Both the position numbers and the translations under genes were made by a program. From the NCBI GenBank assembly GCA_051294905.1, contig CM119372.1, positions 21,144,001 to 21,208,000 on the forward strand: a DNA stretch of 64,000 nt, written 5' to 3'. This document shows, piece by piece, positions 13,425-26,163 of the stretch. The notes below the pieces were generated by a model that did no database searches, was not told the origin of the DNA, and saw only the letters and a program-made list of their open reading frames with translations. The number at the start of each line of letters is the position of its first letter. Position 1 is the stretch's first letter. Source of the DNA: Botryllus schlosseri (taxonomy: Eukaryota).

Positions 13425-14401
13425 ACTCTGGTTCTCAACCGGGGGTCAGTGGTTCGCGAAGCCTCTAAGTTTTCAAAATAGTTCATACCCAGGATCTGTA
13501 TTTTTTAAACAAGGAAAATCGCGAGGTAGGCATACTTTCGCTTCATTGCTATAGTAAATCTCCAGAACTCACATCAACAGAATGGCCGTCTGAGTTGAAA
13601 TATCATACTGTTCAGACTCATTTTAGTTGCCAAATTACCAATAGCTTATATACTGATACATATATTTTGCTATTTCGCGATATTTTGTTGGGGATTGTGG
13701 AAAAAGTAAAAAGTGTGATTAGTAAGGTCAATCACGGTGACTTCGAAATGTTTACAAAAATCCATTTTCTCCTGTGATATACATATAACCATTATCCAGA
13801 ACTTCAGTCTGTATCGGTATCAGTCTATTAATATTTTCATCATTTCAAAACACCACAAAACTGCGATACAATTAAAAGATGGGAAGGTGTCGAAACGAAT
13901 TGGAGTAGTCTTTGAAATCAGACACCCAAGATGAGCAGCTTGATAAAAATGACCAGGCTTGACGTTAACTGTTCATTAAAAAATAATTTTTATCAATTTT
14001 TGTGCCATATTTGTTACGATCATACCCAAATGTGTCGTCGGAAGCGTTAAACGTTTTAATTACATTCGCCACCACCTATCTTTGTGGAAATGGATTTTCG
14101 GCACTCGTTCATATCAAATCGACGGCGTGGATTTTCGAGACACGACCGCGTATTTCAAAAATTGCAGTTGCAAAATTAACTTTGAAATAACAAAAGTCAA
14201 TCTAATTTGTACATTAATAGTGTGATGTTATTTTTAAGAAAAGTCATTTTGTTGCTGGTTATCACTAGCCTATATCCGGATATCATTGGCACAAGACGGA
14301 TGACTATTGCACGATAATTGAGCTAAATTTGAACTAAACCTTTGAGGGGTCCGTGTCGGTCCAAAAGGGGTCCGCGAAGACAAAAAGGTCAAGAACCACT
14401 G
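13425..14401 (+). mobile_element. Decayed Buster/Charlie hAT element
   Basis: TIR-like ends (TGGTTCTCAACC / GGTCAAGAACCACTG); transposase C-terminal remnant YPNVSSEALNVLITFATTYLCGNGFSALVHIKS at 14002-14190. No clear TSD. Confidence 0.6.
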
Positions 14402-14946
14402 CTCTAAAGTCTAAATTATTTGTATCGTCAAAAAAGAAATTATTAAATTCATTGTGAAATTGCAAGGCTGACCAAAATTAGATTATTATGTTCGCGAAGA
14501 TTTGGATGTTTATGACTAAAATATCCATTCCGACGCATTGGTGTAGCCAGGGGTAGCTACCATAGGCGCCTACTTACGACTACGAGGTGGCACAGCCACC
14601 TCGTCACCATATTTGCGAGGTGGCGGCCACCTCGTACAAGATGCTCAAACGCCCAAGTGATTTGTGACCAGTAATTGGTAATCGGGCGAATTGATGCGAC
14701 CTCGTTAGAGACGTCTTCGACATCGATACGCGCTTGTGCCAGGCGCATAGCCACGGAGGTCGAACACCCGCCTCTATTTGAAACGCCAAACCCCGTCATT
14801 TTGAAATGAACATTTGAACTCTAATATTCAGTTGCAGTTCCATCAATGTGTTATTTGCGTTCCGCGCGGCCGATTTGCGAGAAACGTATTGTCAATCAAC
14901 GAGAAGAGTCTGTGATGATCTCCCGCTGAGATGGTAGCGAAATTAG

Positions 14947-15906
14947 TAGGGATGGTGTGAACGCGAGGTTCACGTTCGCGTTCTGTGTGTGAACCTCGGA
15001 AATTTAGAGGTTCGCGTTCACAACAGAACCTTGGTAGGTTCTGCACTGTGAACCTTTTCCATATATTACAATTTTCACTCCAATATGACATTTTTGGTTC
15101 GAATTTATTGCATTTCAACTGCGGGCCACTCTATGCATGACGATGGCAGCATAAAAAAATCAATACAAAACGAGCATGCACCTTGACGATCTCAAAGATT
15201 TTACTTGCTTTGTTACAAAAGTTTTCTCGAAATATCCAGCTTTCCGTCTGTGAATATTTAGTGATAGGCACTACATGTAGTCAGCTAATGATGCTTACTT
15301 ATTCAACCAATCAATGAGATTGATATCGTTTTTTGATGTAAAAAATCTAGCAGGCGTACGGGTCAATCTTGACTTCATATGTTTACCGTATCAATAAAAC
15401 CAAATCCGTGCGATTGAGGTGTTGACTGACAGCTGTATAACTTGTGGGATAGCCTAATATCTGTAGCAAGTATGGAAACCTGTTTTACACTCTGCCCAAT
15501 ATCGATGTAGCAATACTCAGACGCCGAAGGCATTGTCCGGTCTTGTCAGGCCCGTTAAGGCTTATAAGCTTATATTCGCTGGCAACTACACGTCGAAATT
15601 GTTGGCAAAGCGACGGATGAAATTGATTTTATTGGAGTATTGTATAATTTGATTGCCTCAATTGATACATTTAGCGACGTTTAAAACGCCAATATGTACT
15701 TCAGCATTGTGTCATTATGTGGCCCGAGTCGTCGCTAGCTATCGTGTACATTATTATAGGCTATCACTTCATTGAAATATAGGGTTGGAATCAGCAATAT
15801 GACGTCACGTGACGTCATGAGGTTCACGTTCGCGTTCACACAGAACCTTTCAAAAAGGTTCGCGTTCACACGAACCTAAACCTTTCAGAGGTTCACACCA
15901 TCCCTA
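14947..15906. mobile_element. hAT-type MITE (TAGGGATGGTGTGAAC termini), copy 1
   Basis: 16-bp TIRs; TSD GAAATTAG; GTGAAC/GTTCAC subterminal repeats; inverted homolog at 58115-59084. Confidence 0.9.
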
Positions 15907-16414
15907 GAAATTAGGTCATTCATTCCTGTGCGCGTGGCAATCGTCGATAGCCTGATTTGTCGCGTCTCGATCAGACCTGGTTCCGTTGGCTTGTACAATT
16001 GCACAATCGCATCTGCATTGGCGGCTTCGGCCTGGTGTGCACGATATCATCGTTGGCCTTCACAATAGCATCTGCAATAGACTTGTTGCGAAAGATATCA
16101 TTGCTGTTCTAACTATCGCGTCTCGGGCCTAGCATGCTTTGCCTAGGGTTGCCATACGTCCGGAATTTCACTGTTCAAACTTGCGTCCGGGAGGAAATTC
16201 TAAAATGTGCCTAAATGTCCGGAATTTTGAAGGCTTGAAGTTACATCGGTTATACCCTATGGTGCGGCCAAGATCAGTGCTTTTCTGGGCGGAAGGGGGC
16301 TGAAGAACTGTTGTTTCGGACCTGATTAAAACACACAGCCAGATAGCCGCACCGATTTAACAGTATATAGCAGGCCTGTCAAATACAATCCAGACACGGC
16401 CCGCCAGTCGATTT

Positions 16415-17885
16415 CAATCAATCAATCAGGTTTATTAATATTTTCATCGTTTCAAAACATCGCAAGACTGCGATACAAAGAAAAGATAGGAAGGTGTCGA
16501 AACAATTTGGAGTAGCCTTTAAGATCAGACACCCACCTTAGCCTAGGCCAGGGGTCACCAACACGCGGCCCGCGGGCCGCATGCGGCCCACGAGGTCATA
16601 TTTTGCGGCCCGCGAATTGATTTGAGATTTTGGAAGAAAGCTAAGAAAACCATTTTGAAATGCTGAAGTTTACAACAGTTTCAACATATTGTTGTTGTTG
16701 TTGTTTCAAAATAAGCTATTTTCCTGTGCCCAGCATCACTATTCGTCATAGCTAAAACGGCTTTGGCGACGGAAACAGCATTGCAACGAGAGAGAATAAT
16801 CAGCTGATATGAATGGGCTGGGCATATTTCCTTAACGTGCAATGGCCAAACACTGCCAAGAATGAGACGCTTGGAGAACGGCATATAGTGCAGTGGTGTG
16901 CACCTCTAGTAGCGTGAAATCATCTGAAAGGGGCGCGGAGCTGCGATGAATTGAAAATTTTTCCGCGCTCGGCGCGAGTTACATGACATTCATATTTTGT
17001 GTGTAATCCGGAATTCTTATTGTAGAATTCTCTCATCAACAGTCATAACTTTCCATGCCATCAAACTATCCTTTGGGGTTGCTAGCATTCTGGTTGCATT
17101 TTGTGATATGACGATACGGGGAGAGCGAAATTTTTCAATATCATAAAGAGGGGCGTGTCTAAAAAAGTTTGAGAAACACTGGCGTAGGGCTTCCCCACAA
17201 GATCGAGCTTTACGTGGAGGTGGTCTTTCAGCTAGTAACGTATCTCGCTAGCCCTAATATCGATTCCTTAGTCGCTGAAAAGCGTTTCCATGTATCGTGC
17301 ACAGCTCAGAGTTCAAAATAAAATGAAATTGATGATAAATTTTTTTGTTGTATTTGTATTCCTTTAATAGAATATTACTTCTTTTGCGTATGTTAGGTAG
17401 TACGGCGTTGTACTGACGTAGAGTTTTAAAACGCGGTTGCCTGGTTTATATCGATATTGAATTCATGCGGCCCGCGGCCGCTACGAAATGTGAAAAGTGG
17501 CCCGCGACCCGTTTTGAGTTGGCGACCCCTGGCCTAGGCGAAATAAATAAGAGGCATGCACACTGACTGAAAAGTAATCCAGAGAATATAAGACGCAAGC
17601 GACAAAATGAGGTGGCATGTGGCGGAGGGCGAGGTCGATGTTAGGTCGTGTTCCGGTAATCCTGAAGACTGACTAGTATTCATTTAGAAGAAATTGCTTG
17701 TATTTCGACTTGAATGCGGACATGCTCGACGACTGTCGGATAGCCGGCGAGATGCTGTTCCACAATTGGGGTCCGGCATACTTGATAGAGCAATGCGTTC
17801 TCTTGTATTCAGTCCTGATCATATGGTAGTTGTTCTTTGAAGGCCCGTGAAGAAATCTAAGATTGCTGACTCTAGCAAGTAGCAA
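16415..17885 (-). mobile_element. 5'-truncated CR1/L2-group LINE 3' end, split by a MITE
   Basis: ORF2 C-terminus SIKYAGPQLWNSISPAIRQSSSMSAFKSKYKQFLL (17673-17885, minus strand), 3' UTR and (TGAT)n tail. An uninterrupted copy lies at ~63600-64000. Confidence 0.75.
16549..17531. mobile_element. hAT Charlie-like MITE
   Basis: TIRs CAGGGGTCACCAAC / GTTGGCGACCCCTG; TSD GCCTAGGC; GGCCCGC subterminal motifs. The empty site is visible at ~63730. Confidence 0.9.
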
Positions 17886-18790
17886 CCATCAGAGCTCACA
17901 TTACAGATGGCTCAATTCATGACCTATATTCCACTCCATTCCATACAGTCGATGGGCAATGCTTTGCTAGTGTGACGTCATATTGAGAGACAACGAGTTA
18001 TACCTCATTTTTAAATATGCTAGTGGGCGCTAAGGAATGTCCGGAATTTGCTTCACAAAAATATGGTAACCCTAGCTTTGCCTCCTATCTCCCGCTGGTT
18101 TGGAGACCATGCGGTCGAGTTTGCGCCGATTAGTGATTGTTTTATGTCATATTGATTAAAGAGCGCCATCGCGAAACTGATCGACATCCAATCGCTGCAA
18201 ACATAGCCTACTTCAACGTGCTTATCATATTTAGATAACAATTTCACCAAAAGTACTGCAAGTAATTTTACGGAATGATTGGAGACTTTGCAGTTAACAT
18301 GGCTACGTTCTCAATTCTTATTCTTATCAGTGATACCTCGTCGACTTGAGATAGCGCGAGTACATTGAGGCAAATGATGCTAGATTGCTAGTAATGTGAT
18401 ATCAACCGAAACGGATATAGCGCAGATATTTTATGAGATAGTTGCTCTCTCATTTCGGGAAACAATGAACATGAACCCTTTCCGGTTCATTCGATATGTA
18501 TAATGTTGACTAGTTAAAGCAGCGCCTTTGTTCACTGTCCGATCGTGTATATATTTCATCATCACAACGTAACCCCTATCTTGGGCTATATTGCGAAACG
18601 TTGTTGTTTGTGGTACATATGGTCAGAGGTGGTCAAAGTAGTCAAGAAAGCTACTCAAGTAGAAGTAGCGACGAAAAAAATCTACTGAAGTACGAGTAGA
18701 AGTACTTCTTCCATAAGCAACTTAAAACTACTTAAAGTAGAAGTAGAATTGACTGACTTTAAATCTACTCAAGTAAGTAGTTATGAAAAC

Positions 18791-18832
18791 CAGGGATATC
18801 TAGAAACTTCTAGAAAGTTCTAGATATCCCTG
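18791..18832. mobile_element. 42-bp hairpin mini-insertion with 8-bp TSD
   Basis: CAGGGATATCTAGAA...TTCTAGATATCCCTG flanked by ATGAAAAC on both sides. Confidence 0.8.
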
Positions 18833-19211
18833 ATGAAAACGATCGTAATTCGTTCGCAGGGATTGTCAAAAGGTGCAAATTGAGCTATGCGAAAGGTGCC
18901 GAGCTTGATTCATATTGATGCATACCAGGAGGTATTCAATTTTCGACAGCATAAGCATTCGTCCGCATCATGGGATGAAAATGCGACACTAATCCTCTGT
19001 TTAATCGAACAGTACGTTTGAGAAAATATCGTGGTATGGCACACTCCCCCATATTACAGGGCCCGTAGTTTAGTCGAAGGGCAATACAGAGAAGTTGTAA
19101 AAAAGGATACTGTGTGAACACTTTGCGCGATTAGCAAACGTGAATAAAAAATATGGTGGTTCGTAAAAATGCCATATTGTGAGTAGTTATATAGATCGGT
19201 CGCGATTCGTA

Positions 19212-19445
19212 ATGGGCGCTTATGGGCGCGGTCGCATGCGGCTGGAAAACCGGGGGTGGCATGCGGCTCTTATTTCTTATGGGCGCGGTGGCATGCGGCT
19301 ATTGCGTCTTATGGGTGCGGTGGCAAGCGGCTCTTATGTCTTATGGCGGCGGTCGCAAGCGGCTGGGAAACCCGGGGTGGCAAGCGGCTCTTTTGTCTTA
19401 TGGCGGCGGTGGCATGCGGCTATTGTGTCTTGTGGTCGCACGGTA
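19212..19445. repeat. GC-rich ~31-bp subterminal tandem repeats of element A (mirror at ~42402-42635)
   Basis: Unit approximately TCTTATGGGCGCGGTGGCATGCGGCT(ATTGCG). Confidence 0.85.
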
Positions 19446-20122
19446 ACCCTTGTCAGCATAGGGATAGCTCGCACGCGGCTTCGTTGTTGGCATGTCGTAC
19501 TTCGTGTTGAATATGTATCAAGTAAATAGTCATGTGATTGGTCCTTAGGTAATGTGTATATTCCAAATTACGGCGAGTACGACAATGATATATCGTTATT
19601 CTTATGGACGCGGCGATGATTCGTACTTTCGAGTATCTCTCGCGCGGTGTTGAATATGTACGAGTCACCAACAATAACCGCGCGGACGGAAACGTGGTTT
19701 GTTGTGAGGATTAAGCAGTGCGTGCGACCTATATTTCGAATGACCTGTGCGCTGAATTATTTCTCGTCCAGCCGCTACTATCGATTATTACACTATTTCA
19801 TTCAGTGCGAAATAGTTTGCTAAATCTAGGAATCACTTCCAAGGTAATATTTTGGTAATTAGTTTACCGCAGAGCCAGCGTAGACGGCGATTCGAATATC
19901 AACAATAACCGCGTTCACAAACTAACACTTCAAAAATGTGTGAAATAGTTTGCAAAACCCCGCAATCGCTGACAAGATAACACATCAGGCATAGCCATCT
20001 CTCGTGGTGTGGATTTACAGAGGTAGGAATCACGCACAAGTAATAGTTTGTCACGGAGCCGGCGTAGACGGCGATTCGGTTACCAACAATCAGTAAGTCG
20101 CGAGTAGTGTAGTCGATCGCTC

Positions 20123-20360
20123 TGGGGGTGGCAGGGGCTCTTATGGGCGGGGTGGTGAGCGGCTGGAAAACCGGGGGTGGTGAGCGGCTCTTATTTCTTA
20201 TGGCGGGGGTGGTGAGCGGCTATTGCGTCTTATGGCGGGGGTGGTGAGCGGCTCTTATTTCTTATGGCGGGGGTCGTGAGCGGCTAGAAAACCGGGGGTG
20301 GTGAGCGGCTTTTATGTCTTATGGCGGGGGTCGTGAGCGGCTATTGTGTCTTGTGGTCGA
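20123..20360. repeat. GC-rich ~31-bp subterminal tandem repeats of element B (mirror at ~32841-33078)
   Basis: Unit approximately TCTTATGGCGGGGGTGGTGAGCGGCT(CTTATT). Confidence 0.85.
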
Positions 20361-21727
20361 ACGGTAACCCTTTTCAGTATAGGGATAGCTCGCACGCGGC
20401 TTCGTTGTTAGCATGTCGTACTTCGTGTTGAATATGTATCAAGTAAATAGTCATGTGATTGGTCCTTAGGTAACGTGTATATTCCAAATTACGGCGAGTA
20501 CGACATTGATATATCGTTATTCTTATGGATGCGGCGATGATTCGTACTTTCAGGCATCTCGCGACCGGTAACCCTTTTCGGTATATGAATCGCTCAACCG
20601 GTGCTAGTATAGCCATCTCTCGACCGGTAACCCTTTTCGGTATATGAATCGCTCAACCGGTGTCGCGGTGGTAATTCATACTTTCGGGTATATGCATCTC
20701 TCGACCGGTGTTGAATATGTATCAAGTAAATAGTCACGTGAATGAATCTTTGTTAATGTGTATATCGGGAAAACTCGCGGTCGTGACTCGCCTTTTTTGC
20801 TATAGGTGATCGCCGTTGTTTCTTATGGGTGCGCTCGCATGTCGCACTTTCAGGTATAGGCATCTCTCGCACATCGCAGACTCGCCATGTGTTCTTATGG
20901 GTGCCGCCGTGAATCGCCCTTTCGGTATAGACATCTCTCGCACGTCGTACTTTCGGGTATAGGCATCACTAAACAGGAAATTCACTAATCCGCAGCGCAT
21001 TGTGCGATTTTGAAAACCAGACGTTGGCGGTTGTATTTTGGACCTGTGTGACCCACTAAATACGTCCGTTTTGGAAATTCGGAGCGCGCACTATCGTATC
21101 GATTATTCCACTAATCCAGTCGGTGCTATTACGTTCGGCAGTATTCAGTATTCAGCAGCGTCACGAAAAGCGAGCAACAAATAACCGCGCTCGTAAATTG
21201 ACACTTCAAAAAGTGTAAAATAGATTGCAAATCCCGCGATCACTAACAAGATAATGTCTCGAACATAACCATTTTTAGTGACTTGGTGTTAAAGACATAC
21301 CGATCGCTCACAAGGTAATATTTCCGCAATAAGTTTGTCACAGAGCCGGCGCAGACGGTGATTCATAAACCAACAATTTGACACTTTCTGGTGGTCGCTA
21401 TATGTTTTGACACTTCGAACAGTGGCTGACTTTAGTTGCGCGATAAGAATTATGAGAATATTCAATCAATGTATCAATTTGCCAACTCGAAATGAAACTT
21501 ACTACACAGCTCAAGTTGATTCGTATCTGAATGTGTTAATTCGGTACAATTCTAATTATTTCGAGAAATCTTTTCGTGATCTTTTGATTCGACCGTAACT
21601 CGAATATTACTGACACCGACTTTCAGCCACATTGAATTATTCGCACACCAGCGCCGCTGTTTTCACAACTATAACTCTACAAGAATCAAGAATCACAAGT
21701 ATGTGCATTATACAGTTATTGTCTTTA

Positions 21728-22003
21728 TCAACACGAAATCAAACTCTTAACAAAAACACGCATCTTATCACTCGTCAACTCTATCATGAAAATCCTCGAG
21801 TCCTTATCATCAAAAATGTTATAGCGCGGCGTCGGAATCCATTCGTGGGATGTACTAAAGGTAAATCCAAATAATCCAGAATGAAATATTTGGACTTTGA
21901 CATTGTGTGAATTGAAATATGTTTGACAAACATGACTACCAACTTTCACCCAGTCACATTTCGAGATTATACGCACATTGATTTGAAACAAGTAATGAAA
22001 CAT
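21728..22003 (-). CDS. Hypothetical 91-aa element-encoded protein (identical mirror copy at 31198-31473 +)
   Basis: Element A carries a frameshifted homolog (~41060-41310 +) that keeps KCDWIKVGSHVC and SRIFMIELTSDKM. Confidence 0.35.
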   Translation of the reverse strand: MFHYLFQINVRIISKCDWVKVGSHVCQTYFNSHNVKVQIFHSGLFGFTFSTSHEWIPTPRYNIFDDKDSRIFMIELTSDKMRVFVKSLISC

Positions 22004-24699
22004 TACAACTCTATTCGCGACCTGTCTTTACGTTTGTCAAAGAGAGTTTCAGAAATATTATCACTATGACATCTCAACATTTTAACATCTCGCCATGCAC
22101 AAACGAGTAAAATACAAAAACCTTGGTAAGTCAATCCGTTTGTAACTCACCAAACCAAAACAAAAAGTGTCCGTATGAAAAGTAGACAAGACTACGCGAG
22201 TAATCACTACAACCCACAAACATACCAACTCAGTTGTATCCATATCCCATATTTTTTATTCAACTGCAAGATGAAGTAATTACTACTTGGCGCGCGGTTT
22301 GAGATTAACACATTACATTTGAGTATACGAGATTTGAATGTCTGACCAACGTAGTTGAGAATTCTTACAATCGAACGCAGGTGTTATATTGAAAATTTTC
22401 ACGAATTGACACATTGATTTTGACATATGAGATTTTGTAATAGTCGATCATGACTTGATTATTAAATTATGACAATATTAGACCAGGTTTGTGTTGAAGG
22501 TTATTACGATACCAACAAACTTTTCAGAAACATTGTTATTGACATATCGATTTGTAAAACTAGATTAACATATCTGAAATGTTTTGATTGGGAAGATTAA
22601 GCCGTGTTCGTAAAAACCACGCAGCGTATTGTGGAAATCAGGAAATAATTTACAAATGTAATTGTCTCCAGTAACCAAGACTAAAGATGAAACAACAATT
22701 TTCTTTGTTGAACAATAACCGGTACAATACTTTATCATCGTAATCAGCAGTGAGAAATGAAACACTTTCGCACATTATCCTGTGTCAAGATATCACACTA
22801 GGTGAATTGACATATCGCCGCTTGATTAATGCTTAATCCGTTCGCACCATTTCACATACTTTGATCATTACAAAAGTAAATTGGAATATGTTTGCTAGAT
22901 GCATTCAATTCAGTTAGAAATGTCTGGTGCACAACAATCGCAATATCAAAAAAGTACTTGCTACACTGTTATTTGCTAAACGTGTTTTGCATTGTTGTTC
23001 ATTTGTAGTATTGATTGTTCTTGAACCCTCAAATAATAATTCCCGACATGAAACCAAGCCACTGAAAGTCGTTACCATCACGAAGAAACAATGTGTACGA
23101 TGTTTGTCAAATGTATCCTACCTGGCCACCAGAAAACAATTTTCACTCAGTCGAAATGAAACCAATGTGACGGTCTCCATTCGATATTTTGTTTGTGTCA
23201 AATACTTAACAATGATCACATTTGAGTGGTTGAGCTTTACATCATCAAGCTGTTATTTGTAAATCAAGATTTCGGTAAACTTGTAAATGTATCGTTTAAC
23301 TAACCAACATTTAGTGATTGTTGAACATACGACTTCGAAATACTGCGTTGATCGTAATTTCCATCATCGTGATAATCGAAGTACATTTCTTTCGAATTCG
23401 TAACAACCGGCGTTTCTACGACATGATAAATTTTTGACAAGTTATGCTTAGAAGATTGGTTGCATATCGCGAAAAATAATATACCACTCATATTGATACT
23501 GTTACTCCATTGATCGATATTTTCAAACGAGTAAAATTTATTACTTGAGTTTCTCCGCTTAATGTAAATGCAAACTCAGCCGTCTTTTAACATCACAAAG
23601 GCATTGATAAAAAGTAAGCAATCAAACACAGCACTTTGTACGACGCTAATTATTGTTCCACACATCTCATTTCATACTAAGTGTATACGAAAGATATTCA
23701 TGTTACAGGAAAATATTCGCTCATGCTACAAACCTGTACGATGATTGGCGGTGTAAGTCCAGCACAATTGTGGTATCCATACGAGTTTAGTTAACACAAT
23801 TTACGACACCGAGGTCGCCTCATCTTTCGTAAGACAACAAACCAAGGCTTCAGGATATGTCCATGTCATAACAATAAATCAGCTACTCCAACAACAGAGT
23901 ACATATGTTTTCTAGCACGGTGCTTACATCTTACACACAAATCGACCTACTTTGCTAACGAAAAGTGCTGAGTCATCACATGGTTGTCATCACAACAATA
24001 ACAACTAAAACATACTATCATACAAAATGGCCGTTATAGTTTGCACACCAACGATACATCGTACAAGTAGCAAGTCTCGAGAATCCAGTTATTCAAAAAA
24101 CGTGAAAGTGTTTCTACGCCAAGTCGGTATGTTGACGAAAGCGTATATTGTAATATCATGATCGATTTACATTCGTTGGTCACAAAATGTCACTACTCTA
24201 AATAATTATTTTTCACTCAAAGCCTACTTGTCACCATTCGTTTCATCAAGCACGAGTTCAAGAAACCTGCTACGACATGAATTGTTATTTTTATGTTGTG
24301 TAAATAGGTAATAATTAATTTTAGTAACACTATATCAACATCATCGAGTTGCGCGAATAGATTTACATGTGGTCTTGTGGTTTTAATCGAAGTATACAGC
24401 ACGGTCTAATGTAGAGTCATCTCTATTGTACAGCAACTCGGAAATCGAAATGCATGCATTAACATTTAAACAGCGATCGCGTTTCGTGACGCGAAAAATA
24501 TGTTCACCACCGCGATACTCTGCACTGGGCGTGCAAATCCTTTTCACACTCGTAATAGTATACCAACGACTACCGGCGACAACGTTTAACAATACCAACG
24601 ACACTAAACATACGATACCTACCCAAGTAAAATTTCCATTTTCACCTGGAGGTCAGCCGTTACCTGACTAAAAATACCATTGTCCTTTGGAGATTTATC

Positions 24700-25370
24700 G
24701 TTTACCCAGTGTAACAATCCCCTTTTCACTTGGAAATCTATTTTTGCCCTGGATAACAAACCCCTTTTCACTTGGAAATCTATTTTTGCCCTGGATAACA
24801 AACCTTTTTCACTTGGAAATATATTTTTTCTCTTGGTAACAAACCTTTTTCACTTGGAAATATATTTTTTCTCTGGTTAACAAACCTTTTTCACTTGGAA
24901 ATATATTTTTTCTCTGGTTAACAAACCTTTTTCACTTGGAAATATATTTTTTCTCTGGTTAACAAACCTTTTTCACTTGGAAATATATTTTTTCTCTGGT
25001 TAACAAACCTTTTTTCACTTGGAAATATATTTTTTCTCTGGTTAACAAACCTTTTTCACTTGGAAATATATTTTTTCTCTGGGCAACAAACCTTTTTCCC
25101 CGAGTAACAAACCTTTTTCCCTGAGCAACAAGCCATTTTCACTTGGTGGGTCGTCGTTTACCTGAGTAAAAATATCATTTTCCTTTGGAGATCTGGCGTT
25201 TACCCAGTGTAACAATACATTTTCTCTTGGTCATCTAGCTTTTCCTAGAGTAACTAATCATTTCTCCTGGGTAACAAACCCTTTTCGTCTGGAAAACTAT
25301 CATTTACCCGAGTACCAATACCGTTTTCACTTGGAAATCTATCTTTTCCCTGGGTAACAATATCATTTTC
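24700..25370. repeat. 41-bp minisatellite in element B arm (mirror at ~27830-28500)
   Basis: Unit AACAAACCTTTTTCACTTGGAAATATATTTTTTCTCTGGTT at 41-bp period; the array degenerates at its edges. Confidence 0.9.
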
Positions 25371-26163
25371 GTTTTGAAAACTGACAACCACACCGGACAA
25401 TTTGATATTTTTGTATATTGTTACAACGGGTAGTGACAAAATATACACCAACAACGACTCCGATACATTTGTCTAATCAAATATTCACTTGCTCTGATGC
25501 ATCCCATCAAAATCATTGGTTACTCACATACAATAACAATGTGCTGTTGTACATCGACATGTATGTTTTCGGAATTGGCGAATAAAGGGGTTTCCGATAT
25601 GTCTGTGATGTCCGGGTTCGTGCTTTGGATTTTCCAGAGTCAAAATGTCTGAATAAAACACCTCCTTGACTTTGGTAACTGGTTGATACACGGATAATGG
25701 TGTTCGGAAAACGGATGAATTTATGTTTCCCATCGCGCTAATAACTCTGGGTTACTTGTGAGTTTCCTCAGGTCTGTTTACTATATTGTGTCTTTACTGG
25801 TCAATACATGTCGCTCCAGTCAGCTGCAACCGGATCACTAATATGAGAAAGTGTGTGGGCCTGATCCGGATATTCACTCATGAACCAACGACCAATATTC
25901 AAGTAAACATGTTACAGACCGTGTTTTGTCTCCATGAAAAATACCAATGCATACACCATCACATACAAGTAACGTCACGATTGTTCACAAGTATTCGCGT
26001 AAACGAGGTGTACATACAATGTGTCGGTGTACAAACATCATGGAAAACAAATTCATGTTCTCAAGTATCATCATGCGACGACTCTGTACATTCAATGTGG
26101 GCATAGAGGACTTGGAGACATGATACAATGGACAGTGCATTATGCATACCGATATATTCTCAG

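Larger units (their letters stand above)
16144..18074. mobile_element. hAT (Blackjack-like) non-autonomous element carrying nested insertions
   Basis: TIRs TAGGGTTGCCATA / TATGGTAACCCTA; TSD GCTTTGCC (16136-16143, 18075-18082). Confidence 0.85.

Noticed and set aside
19179..19529. Gly/Arg-rich ORFs at the element ends (also 42318-42635)
   Set aside because: They are translations of the GC-rich subterminal repeats, open in all three frames.
24700..25370. CRISPR-like array
   Set aside because: Head-to-tail 41-bp units with no unique spacers, no cas genes, and a eukaryotic context.
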